Numbered from the whole stretch's first letter, positions 20,390 to 29,956 are shown. The stretch is 63,963 nucleotides of DNA, filler included, from 3 parts of 3 records of this genome joined end to end with filler, not necessarily neighbours in it, one strand, 5' to 3'. Made by a program: numbers and translations. Notes: generated by a model from the letters alone, not told the origin.

Positions 20390-23032
20390 ATGAAAAAAAC
20401 ATTAATTTTTGGCTTAATTTTATCAAATGCAATTTCTTATTCTCAATCCGCCTTATATGGTACAACTTATAATGGAGGTTCAGACGATTTAGGCACCATT
20501 TTTAGAACAGACCTTGATGGCACAAATCATCAGATGATGTCATCATTTAACACAATTTATCCTGGATCTGAACCAAAAACTAATATGGTGGAGGTTTTTC
20601 CGGATATTTTTATCGGTACGACATCAACCGGCGGAGCAAATGGTTTTGGTTGTATATATGAATTTAATTTCTTGACCGGAGAATATATAAATAGATTTGA
20701 TTTTGATGGAAATAATGGAGATCAGCCCTATGGAGATTTGCTTTTAGCCTCAAATGGACTCGTTTATGGAACGACTAGATACGGAGGTGCTAATGGTGCA
20801 GGAACATTATTTGCTTATGATCCTGTCAATCACAGTCATGATATCTGGCATGATTTTGATTTCGGATTATCTGATGGACAGTATCCACATGGAGGTGTAA
20901 TTGAAGAAAACAATGCTTTATATGGAACTCTTCAGTCTGGGGGAGCGAATGGTAATGGAGCTATATTCAAAAAAGATTTAATACTTCAAGGTTATGGATT
21001 AGAGTATAGTTTTGATGGTGTAAATGGTAGAGACCCAATTTCAATCTTTACCAAAGCAGCCAATGGCCTGTTTTATGGAGTTGCACCTTTCGGAGGGGTA
21101 AATGATCAAGGGGTTTTTTATACTTATGATATAGGTACACAGACTTTAACTAAACTTGTTGATTTTGGTTCTTCGCCGTCAGTTCTAGGGGCTTATCCGA
21201 AGGGTTCCCCTACAATTGTTGGGAACAAAGTGATTGGAATGACAACTTCAAATGGAGCTAATGGTTTTGGGGCTGTTTATCAGTATATTATTGGACCGAA
21301 TACAATGAATACAGTTCACATGTTTAATGGTTTGGATGGAGCAGGTGATAGATGGTCTTTTGTGGAAAATGGCACACTTCTTTATGGAACAAGTGAATAT
21401 GGAGGGGCAGCAGGTAAAGGGACTGTGTTTTCTTTTGATCCAAGCACATCAGCTTTAAACGTGATTCATGAGATGAGTGAGGCGGAATTTCCTTTAGCAA
21501 ATTTAACAATCACATCTGTGGGGTCATTATTGGGGACATCTTATGCCACGTCTTTTATGTTTAACGTGGACACATTAAATATGACCTATCAAAACTTGTT
21601 TCCATTTGAACAAAATAATGGTGAAGCACCAGGAGGGAATTTATTATTCTATCAAGATAGTTTGTTATTAGGTGTTTCAGAATCAGGTGGGTTCTATTCT
21701 GAAGGAACTATTTTCTCATTCAATATAAACACAAATGAGATTATTACTTTATTTGATTTTACGGATACACTTGGTAGTAGTCCCGGAGGTGAGCTAGTTT
21801 TGGCTTCAGACGGTTTATTATATGGAACCACTTCCGAGGGGGGGGATAATGATGATGGAGTTCTTTATTCATATGATTTTCAAAACAATAGCTATGCTGT
21901 TGAATTTCATTTTGACGCAGCAGATGGATATTACCCAATATCTGAATTGGTTGAATTAAACCAAAATTTATACGGAGTTTGCCAGTTGGGAGGAGCTAAC
22001 AATGATGGATCATTGTTTTCCTACAATATCGCTGTCAACTCTATGTCTTTCGTTCATGACTTTAACGCACCTTCTGGTGAAAACCCATCATGTGGACTAA
22101 CAGTTAGAGGTAATAATTTGCTTTTGGGAACTGCAAGATCCGGTGGGCAAAATAATGACGGAGTAATATTTTCCTTCGATACTGGTTCTGATAATTACAC
22201 AGTACTTCATGAATTTGATATTTCTTTAGGTAAGAATCCTCAGGGTTCTATGCTCCATGTAATCGGAGATAAATTGTACGGAATAACATCTCAGGGTGGA
22301 AACGATTCTTACGGTGTTCTTTACGAATATGATTTAGCTACGTCATCCTATTCTGTCTTGTATCATATGAACTCTAATGATGGAGGCTTTGTATTGGGTA
22401 ATTTAATTCAGGGAGAAAATGGAGAATTAATGGGATTGGCAAATCAAGGTGGACTGAATAATTCGGGAACGATATTTTCTTTCAATGTGAGCACATTAAG
22501 CTTTACCAAGCATCATGATTTTTTAAATTCAGACGGTTCGTATCCAGGTGCAGGTCTTACAAATACCTGCTTTTCTGAACCAAATGTATCTTTGACAGAT
22601 GGAGTGTTTACAACAGACCTTAACAATGCATCTTATCAATGGCTAGATTGTTTAAGCGGGAATACACCAATACCAGGAGCAACCTCTCAAACTTTTGAAC
22701 CTACAATGAACGGAAATTATGCAGTCGAGATTACATACCAAGGTTGTACAAGAGTTTCAGAATGTTTATCTATTCAGGATGTTTCTTTAAACAGCTATGG
22801 AGATGAGATTAAAGTGTACCCTAATCCTTTTGAAGATGTTATTTTCATAGCGAATTCGTATACGGAAATAGAGAAAATAAGTGTATTTGATATCTATGGC
22901 CGAATAGTTTTCATAGAAACGAATTTTAACGATCAATCATTTTATTTAGGTGATTTAGAACCTGGTATTTATTTGCTGATGATAAATAATCAAAATGGGT
23001 CTACTTATTCCAAAAAGATTTTGAAAAATTAA
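20390..23032 (+). CDS. Gloeo_Verruco (GloVer) tandem-repeat protein with T9SS C-terminal domain
   Basis: About 14 repeats of G..P.G.L...NG.LYGTT..GG.N..G.LF; VYPNPF..LEPGIYLL..KKILK CTD. Confidence 0.85.
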   Translation: MKKTLIFGLILSNAISYSQSALYGTTYNGGSDDLGTIFRTDLDGTNHQMMSSFNTIYPGSEPKTNMVEVFPDIFIGTTSTGGANGFGCIYEFNFLTGEYINRFDFDGNNGDQPYGDLLLASNGLVYGTTRYGGANGAGTLFAYDPVNHSHDIWHDFDFGLSDGQYPHGGVIEENNALYGTLQSGGANGNGAIFKKDLILQGYGLEYSFDGVNGRDPISIFTKAANGLFYGVAPFGGVNDQGVFYTYDIGTQTLTKLVDFGSSPSVLGAYPKGSPTIVGNKVIGMTTSNGANGFGAVYQYIIGPNTMNTVHMFNGLDGAGDRWSFVENGTLLYGTSEYGGAAGKGTVFSFDPSTSALNVIHEMSEAEFPLANLTITSVGSLLGTSYATSFMFNVDTLNMTYQNLFPFEQNNGEAPGGNLLFYQDSLLLGVSESGGFYSEGTIFSFNINTNEIITLFDFTDTLGSSPGGELVLASDGLLYGTTSEGGDNDDGVLYSYDFQNNSYAVEFHFDAADGYYPISELVELNQNLYGVCQLGGANNDGSLFSYNIAVNSMSFVHDFNAPSGENPSCGLTVRGNNLLLGTARSGGQNNDGVIFSFDTGSDNYTVLHEFDISLGKNPQGSMLHVIGDKLYGITSQGGNDSYGVLYEYDLATSSYSVLYHMNSNDGGFVLGNLIQGENGELMGLANQGGLNNSGTIFSFNVSTLSFTKHHDFLNSDGSYPGAGLTNTCFSEPNVSLTDGVFTTDLNNASYQWLDCLSGNTPIPGATSQTFEPTMNGNYAVEITYQGCTRVSECLSIQDVSLNSYGDEIKVYPNPFEDVIFIANSYTEIEKISVFDIYGRIVFIETNFNDQSFYLGDLEPGIYLLMINNQNGSTYSKKILKN

Positions 23033-23033
23033 T

Positions 23034-24143
23034 ATGAAGATTTTTTCTTTTTTCACTTTTCTATTTATTGGAAACCTAGTGTTTAGTCAGGTAGAGTTAG
23101 ATGATTCAAGCCCCGCAAAAAAGGATTTTGGGAGAATGAACATGCTACTTCGAATGTATAGTTCTTATCCCGAAAAGGGAAAGAAAATCAAAGAAGAAAC
23201 ATACATTCAACTAAAAGACTCTTATCAAAATTGCAAAATTAAAGAGCCTACCAAGGATTGGGAATACTATAATAAAGATGTTGAATTAATATTGAATCAT
23301 TACGAAGCCAGTTTGGTTGCTGATAATTTTGGGTCTATCACATTTAATGAAAATGACCAAAACTCAGTTCAATTTACTTATACGTTGCCGAAAAGCTTGG
23401 GTGATATTGCTTCAGAAAAAGGTGTTTCTGATAGATGGCCAAAAATTTTTTATTTAAATGCTTACATGTTAGATGCAAATGAGACTCAAGTTCCGATTAG
23501 ACTAGTAGCTCTTCCAAATACTCAAGAAGATAATACCATCAAGTTAGTTATAATTCCAAGTGAGGAACAGATGGCCAGTGAATGGTATGAAGACTTAGAT
23601 TGGGTGTACAATGATGAAGGCCAGCTTATTTCAACTGTTGATAAATCGATTTTTTTAGAAAATTTAGATGTGATCCAAGATGCACATAAAAAAGTACAAT
23701 TAAAATTATTTGTGGATCACAAACTTGGAGATGGTAAAAGTGCTTTTAAGGCTCAGTGTGACTTTTCAATTAATGAAAACTTAAATTTAATTTCAAAGAA
23801 AGAGGCAATAGAAATGAGTATAATCAATTCATCTAAATGGCCTGAGAGAAAGAGTAATAATGTTAAGAAAGAAACGAAGTTGGCGAGATTAATTGAGGTG
23901 CAAAAAAGTGTTGAAGTTATAGAAGTGATAGGTGTTACTCCAGATAATGCGCCCGTAAAATATTATAATAATCGTGACGAATTAGTTAAGAAGAAGTGGT
24001 ATTACGCAGTGGTTTTTATTGAGGATAAAACTTGCGTATTAAAGTATTATTATCATACAGAAATTTTTACTGGCTTAGAATGGATGGATGATGGGTTTCA
24101 TGAGTCCAAGGGAGATTCTAAAAAAGTTAATTGTAATAATTAG
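23034..24143 (+). CDS. Exported hypothetical protein
   Basis: 369-aa ORF with signal peptide (..LVFS-Q), 1 nt after upstream stop. Confidence 0.7.
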   Translation: MKIFSFFTFLFIGNLVFSQVELDDSSPAKKDFGRMNMLLRMYSSYPEKGKKIKEETYIQLKDSYQNCKIKEPTKDWEYYNKDVELILNHYEASLVADNFGSITFNENDQNSVQFTYTLPKSLGDIASEKGVSDRWPKIFYLNAYMLDANETQVPIRLVALPNTQEDNTIKLVIIPSEEQMASEWYEDLDWVYNDEGQLISTVDKSIFLENLDVIQDAHKKVQLKLFVDHKLGDGKSAFKAQCDFSINENLNLISKKEAIEMSIINSSKWPERKSNNVKKETKLARLIEVQKSVEVIEVIGVTPDNAPVKYYNNRDELVKKKWYYAVVFIEDKTCVLKYYYHTEIFTGLEWMDDGFHESKGDSKKVNCNN

Positions 24144-24160
24144 TTTTAAAAATATATTCT

Positions 24161-24538
24161 ATGAAAATGTCACGTGTAATTATAACGGTATCAGTTTTGT
24201 TAATATTAATATCACTCTGGTTACCAGCCATAACAAAATACGGGGTTAATGTAAGTTTTATGGATGTCCCCAAACTTTTTGGTTTGTCTATGGCGATAGT
24301 TGTAGTCGCTATAATTGTATTTGGAGTAGCACTGATCGATAAAAAGGCATTTAATATAATTGGTATTATTTTGGGCGCCATATTATCGATTTTCAGTTTA
24401 ATGTTTCTTTCAATAGGTCTTTCTGAGGGAGGTGTGGCTTTTGGTGCTTTTGTATTATTTTTAGGCTGTATAGGTTGTATATTAGGCCATATTTTAAAGT
24501 TGATTGAAAGAAGAAAATCCAAACAAGAAAGAATCTAA
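24161..24538 (+). CDS. Small four-TM membrane protein
   Basis: Four hydrophobic segments, basic C-terminus. Confidence 0.65.
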   Translation: MKMSRVIITVSVLLILISLWLPAITKYGVNVSFMDVPKLFGLSMAIVVVAIIVFGVALIDKKAFNIIGIILGAILSIFSLMFLSIGLSEGGVAFGAFVLFLGCIGCILGHILKLIERRKSKQERI

Positions 24539-24773
24539 AAGGGGTTGTTTACAAGTCTTTTTCGTTGTTAGTATTAGCGTTTCGCTAGCTGTTTTAATTC
24601 AGTCCCTGAATGTTTTTCCATATCGTCAGTTGAAAGAATGGCAATTGCATTATTTTGACGGAGGCTATTATCCTAAGTATACATTCGCAATAGTTTGGAT
24701 TTTTAGTATTATTATTCTGTTTGTTTTGGTCATGATTTTTGGTATTATAATCGATTATTTCAAGAAAAATTAG
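24504..24773 (+). CDS. Small two-TM membrane protein
   Basis: Two hydrophobic helices around a FDGGYYPK loop; TTG start overlaps the upstream gene. Confidence 0.5.
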   Translation: MKEENPNKKESKRGCLQVFFVVSISVSLAVLIQSLNVFPYRQLKEWQLHYFDGGYYPKYTFAIVWIFSIIILFVLVMIFGIIIDYFKKN

Positions 24774-24824
24774 CATTTTTTTTAATTTAGGCATGTCTTT
24801 TGTAAAATTAGAGTAAAACAAATA

Positions 24825-25343
24825 ATGAGGAAATTAAGATTAATGTTGCCCTTTATATTATTGAATTTTCATATAGTTTGGGGCCAAGAAATTTCAAGTG
24901 CCTTAAACGGTAATTATTCAATCCCTAATACAAAAGTAGCGGAAGCAAATACAATTGAAATTGAGGGTTTCAAATTGATCGTAAGATCGATTTATGAAGA
25001 AGTTTATTACGGTCATATTTCAAAAGAAGAATTTGAAGAAAAAAGTGATCGAAGACTATCTTTTTTAATAGATGTACGAGACTCAAGACCTGATAATATT
25101 CAGGCAGAAATAGAGAAACAGTTTTATGGGGCTCGACTTTTTTATTTTGATAAGAATGGCGATTTTATTGTAGCTGGTCAAATGGGTTTTGATCCAATGT
25201 TTCGAGTTGGTGGAAACGCTATATCAGATAATGTACGTGTTCCAAAATCAGTTAGTGCAACTGATATTAGCGTTTATCTGGCTTTTGAATACACAAGTAA
25301 TCTTTCTGGGGCCACCAAGGTTGTTACTTTTAAAATTAAATAG
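24825..25343 (+). CDS. Exported hypothetical protein
   Basis: Signal peptide ending VWG-Q; 172 aa. Confidence 0.7.
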   Translation: MRKLRLMLPFILLNFHIVWGQEISSALNGNYSIPNTKVAEANTIEIEGFKLIVRSIYEEVYYGHISKEEFEEKSDRRLSFLIDVRDSRPDNIQAEIEKQFYGARLFYFDKNGDFIVAGQMGFDPMFRVGGNAISDNVRVPKSVSATDISVYLAFEYTSNLSGATKVVTFKIK

Positions 25344-25344
25344 G

Positions 25345-25378
25345 TATCCATAAGAGCCCAGAAAGACTCTTATGGATA
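25345..25378. terminator. Bidirectional terminator
   Basis: Perfect 12-bp inverted repeat TATCCATAAGAG / CTCTTATGGATA between convergent stops. Confidence 0.8.
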
Positions 25379-25383
25379 ATTTA

Positions 25384-26046
25384 TTAGTATACAATTTGAT
25401 AGTTTATTAATCTTCGCTCATAATAACTGCAATTTGCATTTAGTTCACCGAAAAAGCCACATTTACTGGATAGTTCCCCAACCCCAACACTATAAAAGTT
25501 ATCTTGATTCCAAAAAAATGAGCATGGAGTGAAACTTGAGCCATTTATAGTGTAATAATGAGTCTCGTTTTTTCTCACGTCATTGAAAGTTCCTGCTGGC
25601 ACACTATATGATCCTTGAAATGGTTCAATTAATTTATAGGTCGAATAGGATCCTCCAGTCGAAGTTTGTACAGAATCATAATCTCCTAAAGAACTATAAT
25701 GAATTTCTCCATTTTCATTTATTATAAACTGAAGTGAATCACGTAAATAATAATCAAAAGTATCGTTGTAAATAAAATATGTCCCTCTTAAGTGGGTATA
25801 GTTATAACCATTTATATTTTTTAATCCTAAACAATAAACACTGTCGAGGTCTCCAGTAAGTACAGAAGTTCCAGTACTATCAATTTTGTGCCACTCATAT
25901 AACCACCAAGATCCTGGCTGAGCATCAGTTATTTTTAAAGAAGACTCCAGATAGAGATCTTCAGAACTTTCTAAGTTTTTCTTTTTGCAAGAAACGAGTG
26001 CGATAGATGAAGCAACTACAACAAGCATGATTTTTTTTGATTTCAT
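25384..26046 (-). CDS. Lipoprotein (VPAGTF-motif family)
   Basis: Lipobox LVS-C-KKK; GSWWLY, SVPAGTF and YSVGVG motifs. Confidence 0.75.
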   Translation of the reverse strand: MKSKKIMLVVVASSIALVSCKKKNLESSEDLYLESSLKITDAQPGSWWLYEWHKIDSTGTSVLTGDLDSVYCLGLKNINGYNYTHLRGTYFIYNDTFDYYLRDSLQFIINENGEIHYSSLGDYDSVQTSTGGSYSTYKLIEPFQGSYSVPAGTFNDVRKNETHYYTINGSSFTPCSFFWNQDNFYSVGVGELSSKCGFFGELNANCSYYERRLINYQIVY

Positions 26047-26159
26047 AATTGAATTTTATTCACTAACTGCCAAGTGATAACAAAAATTTTGTTCAATTTA
26101 TCGAGTTGTTGATTTTGTTATCCTAATCTGAACATCAAGTTCTACCAGAGGAACCATTA

Positions 26160-26222
26160 GATAATTTTTTAGACAGCACGATAAACAACTTTGAGTGCTT
26201 GTCTTGATTTCTCATAGATTTA
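26160..26222 (+). promoter_or_regulatory. GATAA pair at 20-bp period followed by Bacteroidota-type promoter
   Basis: GATAA at 26160 and 26180; TTTG at 26190; TAGATTTA (-7-like) at 26215. Confidence 0.5.
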
Positions 26223-26234
26223 TGAAAAAACTTT

Positions 26235-26570
26235 ATGAAATATTTAAGAACTTTTTTATTTGCTTTAATACTTACTCCAGCAAGTTCGTTTGCGCAATTT
26301 GATAAAGCCTCAACAGAAGAGCTTTTCGCATCATTCGATATTGACAAACTAGGAAGCAACGGCGCAATTATTTTTTACCTAGAAAACGGTGAGAAAGGAG
26401 GGCATTTGAAAGCAAATACAGCAAAAATTTCCTTTAAAGATGCATATGTATCTTTTATTGATGGAAACCTAGACGAGCCGTATGTTATGTCAATTGCATA
26501 TCCAAGTATTAGCTGTATAAAATACTTATCAAACCCTTCAAAAAACGTTATTGAGATTAGGTTAAGATGA
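26235..26570 (+). CDS. Small exported hypothetical protein
   Basis: Signal peptide ending SFA-Q. Confidence 0.7.
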   Translation: MKYLRTFLFALILTPASSFAQFDKASTEELFASFDIDKLGSNGAIIFYLENGEKGGHLKANTAKISFKDAYVSFIDGNLDEPYVMSIAYPSISCIKYLSNPSKNVIEIRLR

Positions 26571-27364
26571 GATGTACAGTAAGATTGATGTCACTTTTTA
26601 TTGTGCTCGGATTTATTAATGTGAAAATAAGTTATTCTCAAACTCAGTATTCCTATTCTCATACGAAATATACTTATGGTCCATATTATTTCAATCAATC
26701 AATGGGCTTTATTCAAGGATTAATTCAAGAGAAAAAAAACAGGGAAAGAGAAGCTGCACATGCAGAGTTTATGAAAAGTAAGACTCTTGAAATCAGAAAT
26801 TACTACGATTCCATAAAAAATCCCCCCGTAAAAATCCTCAATGGCTGGCACAAAGTGACGATTGTTGCTGGTGAAAATTTTATCGACTACAGAAAGGTCT
26901 TAGTTGAAAATGGAAAAATCCAAAAAATGGTTTGGGATGATTTTATGGAAGAGAATTTAACTTTCGGTGGGAAAGTTGAAAAAGGAAAATCGAAGGCAAG
27001 TATTCAATCTGAAAATCCAAATCTTGTTGGGCTTTTTGACGTGTACTTTTTTGACTTCATGGCTGACACAACACGGACCACAACTCCGCCTTTGAAACCT
27101 GCGAAAATAAAATTTTGGACATCTAGTAAAGATTTTGAACGCATGTATGTTTCCATTGATGAAGATGACAAGGTGGGACCTTTTCCTGTTAGAACTAAAA
27201 GAAAGAGTACTATAAATTGTGACTCAAAAGGACACCTTGAATTACTAGTAAAACCAGGATCTTTAAATTATCATTTATTTTATTCTCCTAAAGCAACAAG
27301 ACCTGAAAGTTCTGGTTTACTTCAACTGACCGAAGGAGAGTGCAAAGTTGTTTATTTTAAATGA
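26567..27364 (+). CDS. Exported hypothetical protein
   Basis: Signal peptide; ATGA coupling with upstream gene; C-terminal C..C pair. Confidence 0.7.
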   Translation: MRCTVRLMSLFIVLGFINVKISYSQTQYSYSHTKYTYGPYYFNQSMGFIQGLIQEKKNREREAAHAEFMKSKTLEIRNYYDSIKNPPVKILNGWHKVTIVAGENFIDYRKVLVENGKIQKMVWDDFMEENLTFGGKVEKGKSKASIQSENPNLVGLFDVYFFDFMADTTRTTTPPLKPAKIKFWTSSKDFERMYVSIDEDDKVGPFPVRTKRKSTINCDSKGHLELLVKPGSLNYHLFYSPKATRPESSGLLQLTEGECKVVYFK

Positions 27365-27441
27365 TTTTTACTCTGTAGTATTATTTCAACTATCGAGTTG
27401 ATTGATTTGGCTTGTAAAGATGATTAATTCTGTTAAAAATC

Positions 27442-27469
27442 GGTTCGAATCTAATCCAGTAAGGCCCAC
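27442..27469 (+). other. tRNA 3'-end-like remnant (candidate attR)
   Basis: GGTTCGAATC-TAATC-CAGTAAGGCCCAC resembles T-loop, 3' T-stem and acceptor strand, with no D or anticodon arm upstream. Confidence 0.5.
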
Positions 27470-27482
27470 GAAAATTAAAGCC

Positions 27483-27582
27483 NNNNNNNNNNNNNNNNNN
27501 NNNNNNNNNNNNNNNNNNNNNNNNNNTTAATTAATTAANNNNNNNNNNNNNNNNNNNNNNNNNNNNNNNNNNNNNNNNNNNN
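27483..27582. other. Artificial contig spacer
   Basis: 44 N + TTAATTAATTAA (stops in all frames) + 44 N; composition changes abruptly across it. Confidence 0.98.
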
Positions 27583-27609
27583 GCTGCGTCACCACTCCGC
27601 CAACTCGCC
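27583..27609 (-). tRNA. 5' part of a tRNA, probably tRNA-Cys (truncated by contig end)
   Basis: Reverse complement GGCGAGTTGGCGGAGTGGTGACGCAGC gives acceptor strand and D arm; anticodon not in window, identity inferred from sequence and the usual tRNA-Cys/pcm synteny. Confidence 0.7.
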
Positions 27610-27750
27610 GCCTGTGGTAACGGCACTGCTAACGGATCATTTCGGCGGCTGCAAGATGCGACTTGCGGGAAAGTGCATGCTAGCCGTTGCTGATAGGCCC
27701 GCGATGTGGCACATCTGTCTCAGAAGAATCTGAACGTATGAGTTTAGCTG

Positions 27751-28404
27751 ATGAGTGATTTCACTGCACGCCGCACAATGATGGTCGATACACAGGTCCG
27801 TCCGTCTGATGTGACCAAATTTCCAATCATTGACGCCATGCTAACGGTGCCGCGCGAGGACTTTGTGCCGGCGGCCCGGCGCGAGGCAGCCTATCTCGGC
27901 GAAAACCTCGATTTGGGGCAGGGGCGTGTCTTGCTGGAGCCGCGCACATTGGCCAAAATGCTGGATGCATTGGCGATTGTGAACACCGAGATGGTGCTCG
28001 ATCTGGGATGCGGCATGGGATACTCCGCCGCCGTGATCGCCCATATGGCGGAGGCGGTTGTTGCCGTCGAAGAGGACGAAGCCATGGCCGCCGAGGCGCA
28101 GGAGGCTTTGACCGCGGCCGGGGCGGACAATGTGATTATGCACACCGGCCCCATTGCCGAAGGTGTGGCGCAGCATGGGCCATATGATGTGATCGTGGTT
28201 GAGGGCGGTGTTGCCACTTTGCCAGGCGCGATTTTGGATCAACTCAAGGATGGTGGCCGAATTGCCTGTCTCTTTATGGAGGGACAATTGGGTGAGGTTC
28301 GGATTGGCTACAAGCGCGGCGATCAGGTGAGCTGGCGCATGGCCTTCAACGCGGCGGCCCCTGTGTTGCCCGGATTTGAAAAAGCGGCTGAGTTTCAGCT
28401 TTGA
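27751..28404 (+). CDS. pcm: Protein-L-isoaspartate O-methyltransferase
   Basis: MVDTQVRP..VPREDFVP; SAM motif VLDLGCGMGYSAA; GPYDVI; QLKDGGR. Confidence 0.92.
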   Translation: MSDFTARRTMMVDTQVRPSDVTKFPIIDAMLTVPREDFVPAARREAAYLGENLDLGQGRVLLEPRTLAKMLDALAIVNTEMVLDLGCGMGYSAAVIAHMAEAVVAVEEDEAMAAEAQEALTAAGADNVIMHTGPIAEGVAQHGPYDVIVVEGGVATLPGAILDQLKDGGRIACLFMEGQLGEVRIGYKRGDQVSWRMAFNAAAPVLPGFEKAAEFQL

Positions 28405-28458
28405 CGTGCGGGCACCCCTGAGGTGCCAGTTGTATTGAAATAGTAAGAGGCGTTCGAA

Positions 28459-29883
28459 ATGCGGTCTGCAAAAACATCGTTCAAATCGCGATTGCTGGGC
28501 GGGGTTCTGGCGGTTGCTGCCGGATTTGCAGTGCCGCAGTCGGTTACGGCAGAAACGCTCGCGGATGCCCTTGTCGGAGCCTACAACCACTCTGGCTTGC
28601 TGGAGCAGAACCGCGCCTTGCTGCGGGCCGCAGACGAAGATGTCGCCATCGCCGGATCGGCGCTCAAGCCGGTTGTCCGTTGGACAGCCGCCGCCACGCA
28701 GAGCTTTGGCCAGGTGCGCACTGCGGCAACTGGCGGTGCAATTTCAAATGATGATTTGACCGCGTCACTGAACCTGATTGCAGAATTGCTGATCTACGAT
28801 GGCGGTGCACGGAAATTCCGCGTTGAGGCCACCAAGGAAACTGTTCTGGCAACCCGCGATGCGCTGGTGAATGTAGAGCAACAGGTACTGTTGCGGGCCA
28901 TCGCTGCCTATATGGGCGTGCTGGAAGCCTCTGAATTTGTGGCTCTTCGCACCAATAACGTCCGGCTGCTGACTCAGGAATTGCGCGCCGCACGTGACCG
29001 GTTTGAAGTGGGCGAGGTGACCCGCACCGATGTTGCGCTTGCCGAAGCGCAGCTTGCTCAGGCCCGCAGCGGTCTGGCGGGTGCGCAGGGCGACCGGCTT
29101 CGCGCGATCGAGGAATATCGCAATGCTGTCGGCCGCAAGCCCGGTCAGCTGCGTGCCGCGCCACCATTGCCGTCCATCAGCGAAAGCGTTGATGCCGCCA
29201 AGGCCCTGGCTGTGCGTGTGCATCCCCTGCTTTTGTCCGCACAGCATCAGGTCGCTGCCGCAGATTTGCTGACCCGCGCAGCCGAAGCGGATATGTCCCC
29301 TCAGGTGAGCCTGAACGGGCGGCTTGGCTTGAGCGAAAACCTAAGTTCCAGCGACTTTAACCACAGTGGGTCTGTCGGGATCGAACTGGGACAGACGATC
29401 TATCAAGGTGGCCGTCTGTCTGCGGGCGTGCGGCAGAACAAAGCCCGCAGCGATGCGCAGCGGGCGAACCTGCACACTGTCCGTCATGACGTGCAGCAAT
29501 CGGTTGGCAACGCCTATGCCAACCTCGCCTCGGCCCGCGCACAATTGTCCGCCTCCGAACGCCAGATCCGCGCCGCGCGTATCGCCTTCCGCGGCATCCG
29601 CGAAGAGGCAGCCCTGGGCGCCCGGACAACGCTGGATGTTCTGGATGCGGAACAATCCTTGCTGGATGCGCAGTCCTTGCAGGTTTCGGCCCGTGCCAAC
29701 CTTTATGTTGCGGCCTATACATTGTTGTCCGCAACGGGGCGTTTGACGGTCAAAGACCTCAAGCTTCCGGTGCAGACATATGATCCTGCGGCCTATTACA
29801 ACTTGGTCAAAGACAGCCCTGCCAAACGCTCCAAACAGGGCAAACAGTTGGATAAGGCGCTCAAAGGTATCCTTAAAAACTGA
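28459..29883 (+). CDS. tolC: TolC-family outer-membrane efflux protein
   Basis: Signal peptide; two OEP repeats (RFEVGEVTRTDV; GARTTLDVLDAEQ). Confidence 0.93.
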   Translation: MRSAKTSFKSRLLGGVLAVAAGFAVPQSVTAETLADALVGAYNHSGLLEQNRALLRAADEDVAIAGSALKPVVRWTAAATQSFGQVRTAATGGAISNDDLTASLNLIAELLIYDGGARKFRVEATKETVLATRDALVNVEQQVLLRAIAAYMGVLEASEFVALRTNNVRLLTQELRAARDRFEVGEVTRTDVALAEAQLAQARSGLAGAQGDRLRAIEEYRNAVGRKPGQLRAAPPLPSISESVDAAKALAVRVHPLLLSAQHQVAAADLLTRAAEADMSPQVSLNGRLGLSENLSSSDFNHSGSVGIELGQTIYQGGRLSAGVRQNKARSDAQRANLHTVRHDVQQSVGNAYANLASARAQLSASERQIRAARIAFRGIREEAALGARTTLDVLDAEQSLLDAQSLQVSARANLYVAAYTLLSATGRLTVKDLKLPVQTYDPAAYYNLVKDSPAKRSKQGKQLDKALKGILKN

Positions 29884-29956
29884 CCAATTGTAACCAACCA
29901 TTGTGAGAATCCGGTGTTCGCGTTAAACTGGCGAGCGAGGAAAGAGTGGTAATGAT

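Larger units (their letters stand above)
1..27469. mobile_element. Probable integrative genomic island (integrase to tRNA-like att remnant)
   Basis: Integrase at the left end; tRNA-3'-end-like sequence at 27442-27469; only accessory genes between, no housekeeping genes. Confidence 0.55.

Noticed and set aside
27442-27469. A complete tRNA gene at the end of contig A
   Set aside because: Only T-loop and acceptor 3' strand-like sequence is present; kept as an att remnant instead.
27527-27538. TTAATTAATTAA palindrome, repeated at 33401-33412
   Set aside because: Synthetic all-frame stop linker inside N padding, not biological.
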